NCBI GenBank assembly: GCA_051294375.1
Contig: CM119264.1
Location: 11,906,263-11,970,262 of the forward strand
DNA length: 64,000 nucleotides
Origin: Paraspadella gotoi
Lineage: Eukaryota > Animalia > Chaetognatha
Direction: 5' to 3'
The number at the start of each line of letters is the position of its first letter. Position 1 is the stretch's first letter. The notes beneath the pieces were generated by a model that was not told the origin of the DNA, ran no database searches, and saw only the letters and a list, made by a program, of their open reading frames with translations. Below, piece by piece: positions 58,953-64,000 of the stretch. The translations under genes and the position numbers were made by a program.

Positions 58953-60638
58953 GGGGACCCAGTGATAAAAATGATATCATAAGCTTAGGTCTATCATCAA
59001 AGGAATTTGAATCGTGATAGTCATTAATTTTCTTTGCAAGGGAAAGTGGCCAAAAAAAATTCCTATCTCTTATTCTAGCGGAAACAAAAATTTAATAATT
59101 ATGAAAAAAAATTTAGTTGACCCTACCTAAAATATTTATATAATCCATTATTTTTTTTTTGCATTAGAAAGTATTTTTTACTAAATTCCAATTTTTATTT
59201 TTTACTGTACAAAGCTATAATTTTAGGTTTAAAGCCCTCATTGAACCAAAGGCTTTACAAGACTAATATTTTTTTATTTTTATATTTACTTAAAAGCAGA
59301 CAAATCAAACCTAACATTCTACTTCTTACAGAAACAAAACTCTAATAATTATTAATTAATATTCATACTCATCCCTTAAATGTATAATTCAACTATATTG
59401 ATTCCTAATTATAACAATTTAAAATTTAGCAAAAGTACAGAATCTTTCTCTTCTTTTTATATATATTACTCAAAGAGTTTTATTTCATCCAATTAACAGA
59501 ATCATTTTGAAAAGAAAGTTTAAATAAAATCAGCCGATACCTTAAATTTGATTCATTCCTAGTTTTTTTTCTTATAAATTTTTGTGATAAAAGCTGAAAA
59601 TCTTTTTAAAATTAGATCTTACCCTTTTTTGGAAAAAAAAAATTTATAACTTGAAAAAGATTTTCTTCTTTACTGATTTTTTAAAGAAAAATTAAGCTCG
59701 CTGATTTTATCGAATTTTTAACTACTTTCCCCAAATGATTATAGAAGAAAAAATTATTGATCAGAACTAGCCTAAGTTAAAGGGTCAAACGTTATGTTTT
59801 CAGCTTTTTACCCCCCCTGTTCATCATAATTTTTTCTTTTATAATCATTTGGGAAAGTAGTAAAAAATTCGATAAAATCAGCGAGCTTAATTTTCTTTTA
59901 AAAATCGGTAAGAAGAAAATCTCTTTTTCAAGTTTAAAATTTTTTTTTCCTAAAAAGGGTAAGATCTAATTTTAAAAAGATTTTCAGCCTTTATCACAAA
60001 AATTATAAAGAAAAAAAACTAGGAAAGAATCAAAATTAGAGGTATCGACTGATTTTATTTAAACTTTCTTTCAAATGATTCTGTTAATTGGATGAAAATA
60101 AAACTCTTTGAAGTAATATAAATATAAAAAGAAGAAAAAGATTCCTATACTTTTGCTAAATTTTTAATTGTTTATATTAGGAATCAATTATAGTTTAATT
60201 ATACATTTAAGGGATGAATATGAATATTAATATAATTATTACAGTTTTGTTTCTGTAAGAATAGAATTTAAGGTTTGATTTGTCTGCCTTTTAAGTAAAT
60301 ATAAAAATAATAAAAAATTATTAGTCTCGTAAAGCCTTTGTTCAATGAGGCTTAAACCTAAAATTATAGCTTTGTACAGTAAAAAATAAAAATATGGGAA
60401 TTTATTAAAAAATACTTTCTAATGTAAAATAAATAATGGATTATATAATATTTTAGGTAGGTCGCAACTAAATTTTTTCATAATTATTAAATTTTTTTTT
60501 CCGCTAGAATAAGCAGATAGGAATTTTTTTGCCACTTTCCCGTGCAAAGACAAAAATTAATGACTATCACCATTCAAATTCCTTTATGATAGACCCTTAA
60601 GCTTATGACATTATCCAATTTTTTATCACTGGGTCCCC
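58953..60638. mobile_element. TTAA-flanked fold-back (long-TIR) non-autonomous DNA transposon, Kolobok-like termini
   Basis: TTAA|GGGGACCCAGTGATAAAAA ... TTTTTATCACTGGGTCCCC|TTAA. Arms of ~810 bp around a ~60 bp unique spacer (~59762-59822). Flanks outside the TTAAs are unrelated, and the arms differ by substitutions. Confidence 0.85.
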
Positions 60639-61334
60639 TTAAGCTTAATTTTATATTCGCGTTGAAGAGACAGTAATAATTTTTATGAGTTAGTGACAGA
60701 ACGGTTCAATGTAAGCAGCTTCCGATCAGGCTGTAACACCGTGTTACAGACGGGTTAAGCGCCACGTCCCTCTTAACTGCTAGGCTACCACCGGGCTAGA
60801 ACCCTGGACCTTTGGGTTGCGAATGACTTGCTTCCTTCACCAATGGCCGCTTATGAACGGTTGGTGGATTTTAGTCCACCATAGAATTTCCTTTCAATCA
60901 AAAAATTAATTCGATAAATCAAAAATTATTCAGTTGGAAATTTTGAAATCGTTTGCATTTCTTTCTATTGTTTTTGTTGACATTTTTCGTCCAAATTGTT
61001 TTTCCTCCATCTTCGGCATCGTCCGCCTCCGCCCATTTCTTTTCTCATTTCGTTTTATTTTATTTTGTTTTTGTCGTTTTCCTTAGTTTCGAATGAAGCG
61101 CCCCCAACTTCAGTTCGTCTCAAACTGGAGTCTCCGTTTGTTGGGATTTTCTTTTCTCCCTCATTCTCTAAAATCCACTTCCTTTCTTTCCTTCCGGTTT
61201 TTCTTCTCTTCTCTCCTTCATTCCGATGCCAGTTTCCTCTGTCGTAGCGCCTCATAAATTTTACGCCGTAATCTTTTCCAACGGAGGCGTTTCTTTTGTC
61301 TTCCTCGCCGGGAGTGAGAGAGAGAGAGAGAGAG

Positions 61335-61380
<46 letters not shown>

Positions 61381-61505
61381 CTCTCTCTCTCTCTTTTTCC
61401 TTTCTCTCTATTCTCTCTGTATTATTTACGTTCTTTTTCGTGTCTCCAATAAACCTCTAAAGGTGCGCGCTTAGATTTAATTTCAGCTTTTATTTCTCTT
61501 TCATT

Positions 61506-61560
<55 letters not shown>

Positions 61561-61592
61561 TCACACTGCTCTCTCTGTTTCACTCCTCAAGG

Positions 61593-61662
<70 letters not shown>

Positions 61663-61682
61663 TCTCTTTTCACTCACTCAAG

Positions 61683-61754
<72 letters not shown>

Positions 61755-64000
61755 TCCACTCTTCTCTCTCCTTGCTCTCTCACTCCCGGCGAGGAAGATA
61801 AAAGAAACGTCCTCCGTGTGGAAAGAGATTACGGCGTAAAATTTATGAGGCGCTACGACAGAGAGAACTGGCATCGAATGAAGGAGAGAAGAGAGAGAAA
61901 AACCGGAAGGAAAGAAAGTGAAGGGATTGTTAGAGAGGATGAGGGAGAAAAGAAAATGCCGCAACAAACCGGGAGAGCTCCAGTTTGGGACGAAAACTGA
62001 AGTTGGGGGGCGCTTTCATTCGAAACTAAGGAAAACGACAAAAACAAATAAAATAAACGAAATGAGAAAAAAATGTGGCGGAGGACGAGATCATGAGTGC
62101 CTGAAGAATGGAGTGAAAACAATTTGGTGAACGGAAAAATGTCAACAGAGAAACAATAGAGAGAAATGCAAACGATTTCAAAATTTCCAACTGAATAATT
62201 TTTTGATTTTATCGAATTAATTTTTTGATTGAAAGGAAATTCTATGGTGGACTAAAAATCCACCAACGCGTTCATAAGCCGCCATTGGTGAAGGGATGGT
62301 AGCAAGTCTTCGCCACACCCAAAGGTCCAGGGTTCTAGCCGCGGTGGTAAGCCTAGCAGTTAAGAGGGGACGTGGCGCTTAAGCGCCGTCTGTAACACGG
62401 TGTTAGCAGCTGATCGGGGAAGCTGCTTACATTGGAACGCGTTCTGTACTGAACTCGATAAAAATTATTACTGTCTCTTCAACGCGATATAAAATTAAGC
62501 CTTAAGGGGACCCAGTGATAAAATGGATATCATGAAAGCTTAAGGGTCTATCACAAAAGAATTGAATGGGTGATAGTCATTAATTTTGTCTTTGCACGGG
62601 AACAGTGGCAAAAAGATTCCTGATCGTGGCTTATTCTAGGCGGAAACAAAAATTTAATAATTATGAAAAAAAATTTAGTTGTGAACCCGTGACCTAAATA
62701 TTTTAGTATTAGATCCATGTATTTAGTTTTTACATGTGAGAAAGTATTTTTTTACTAAATTCCAATTTTTTAATTATTTTACTGTACAAAGCTATAAATG
62801 TTTAGGTTTTAAGCCTCATTGAACAAAGGCTTTAACGAGACTAATATTTTTTTATTTTTATATTTACTTAAAAACCGCAGACAAATCGAAACGGCTAAAT
62901 TCTATTCTTAGACAGAAACAAAAACTGCTAATATATTAGTTGAATGTAATATTCATGATTCATAGGCCCTTAAATGTATAGATTAGAAACTGATATTGAT
63001 CGTCCTAATTATAACAATGTAAAGCAATGTTAGCAAAAGTATAGAATCTTTCTACTTGCTTTTTATATGTTATAATTACTTCAAGAGAGTTTTAGTTTTC
63101 ATCGCCAATTAGACGTAGAATGCAGTTTAGAAATGAAAGTTTAGAATAAAGATGCAGTGCGGATACCTGCGCTTTAAAATTTTGGATTCATTCCTGAAGT
63201 TTTTTTTTCTTATAAATACTTTTGTGATAAAGCTGAAATCTTTTTAAAGAGTTAGATCTTATTAAGCGAGCGCCTTTTTAGGGAAAAAAAATTTTAAAAA
63301 CTTGAAAAAAGATTTTCTTCTTGCACGCGGATTTTGTTTAAAGAAAATTAAGCTCGCTGATTTTATCCGAAATTTTTTTAACGCAGTAGCGTTTCCGCCG
63401 AAATGATTATAATAAGAACAATATTCATACTAGAAGCACTGGGGGGGCCGTAAAAAGCTGAAAACTCTATAATATACGTTTGAGAACGCCTTTAACTTAA
63501 GCTAGTCTGGATCATGGTGACTCTAGAATTATAAATTTGTCTGTCTTCTATTAATCTATTTGTGTGAAAGTTAGTTAATTCTAAAATCATGGAGTTAATT
63601 TCTTCGAAAAAATCAAGAGATAATCTTTTGATATGAGTAGATACGAATCAAAGTTTTTGTAGTTAGAACTTTTTTTTTTGCATTTGCAAAAAGAGGGTAT
63701 AGACTCTAATTTTAAAAAGATTTGCAGCTTTTTATCTACAAAAATTTAGATAAGAAGAAAAAACTAGAATGAATGCAAAAATTTAAGAGTATCGACTATT
63801 TTATTATATAAACTTTCTTTTCAAATGATTCTGTTAAGTTGGATGAAATAAAACTCTTTTGAAGTAATGATAAATATAAAAAGAAGACGAAGAGATTCTG
63901 GTAGCTTTTGCTAACGAATTTTTGGAAATGTGTTAGTACTATTAGGAATGCGCAATATAGTTGATATTATACGCATTTAAGGGATTGAGATATCGAATGA
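59360..64000. repeat. Inverted duplication 3 (arms ~59360-61325 and ~61775-64000+), probable gap-filling artefact
   Basis: The right arm is the reverse complement of the left, with insertion errors rising toward the window end. The spacer is (CT)n-rich, and the arm re-copies the fold-back element from 62506. Confidence 0.93.
60730..60850 (-). mobile_element. Possible tRNA-derived SINE fragment with a perfect hairpin
   Basis: Minus strand ...CAAAGGTCCAGGGTTCTAGCCCGG (B-box-like) followed by the CTGTAACAC-G-GTGTTACAG hairpin. Confidence 0.35.

Overview
Eukaryotic, CpG-undepleted (probably invertebrate) draft scaffold, rich in (GA/CT)n microsatellites, with 12 N-gaps. Almost all ORF-track entries are low-complexity or N-gap artefacts. 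Reading for spliced exons recovers three gene candidates: (1) a minus-strand Ig-superfamily gene (exons 5577-5833, 2361-2453, 1557-1692) giving a hydrophobic leader plus a C...W...DSGxFxC Ig domain; (2) the 3' part of a minus-strand gene (58076-58169, 57453-57596, 55153-55366, 54571-54771) with a WD40-blade-like motif; (3) a weak plus-strand exon chain (21.9-35.4 kb). Three multi-kb inverted duplications and a ~5 kb direct duplication most likely come from long-read gap filling: the extra copies are indel-rich, and two fold-backs plus the direct duplication are tied to exactly-25-N gaps (the third fold-back runs off the window). Two transposons look real: a 1.69 kb TTAA-flanked near-palindromic element (58953-60638) and a 1.56 kb TIR element (48966-50529) seen as both filled and empty sites. 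I found no convincing evidence of a novel biological system; these two elements and the two better-supported genes are the best leads.
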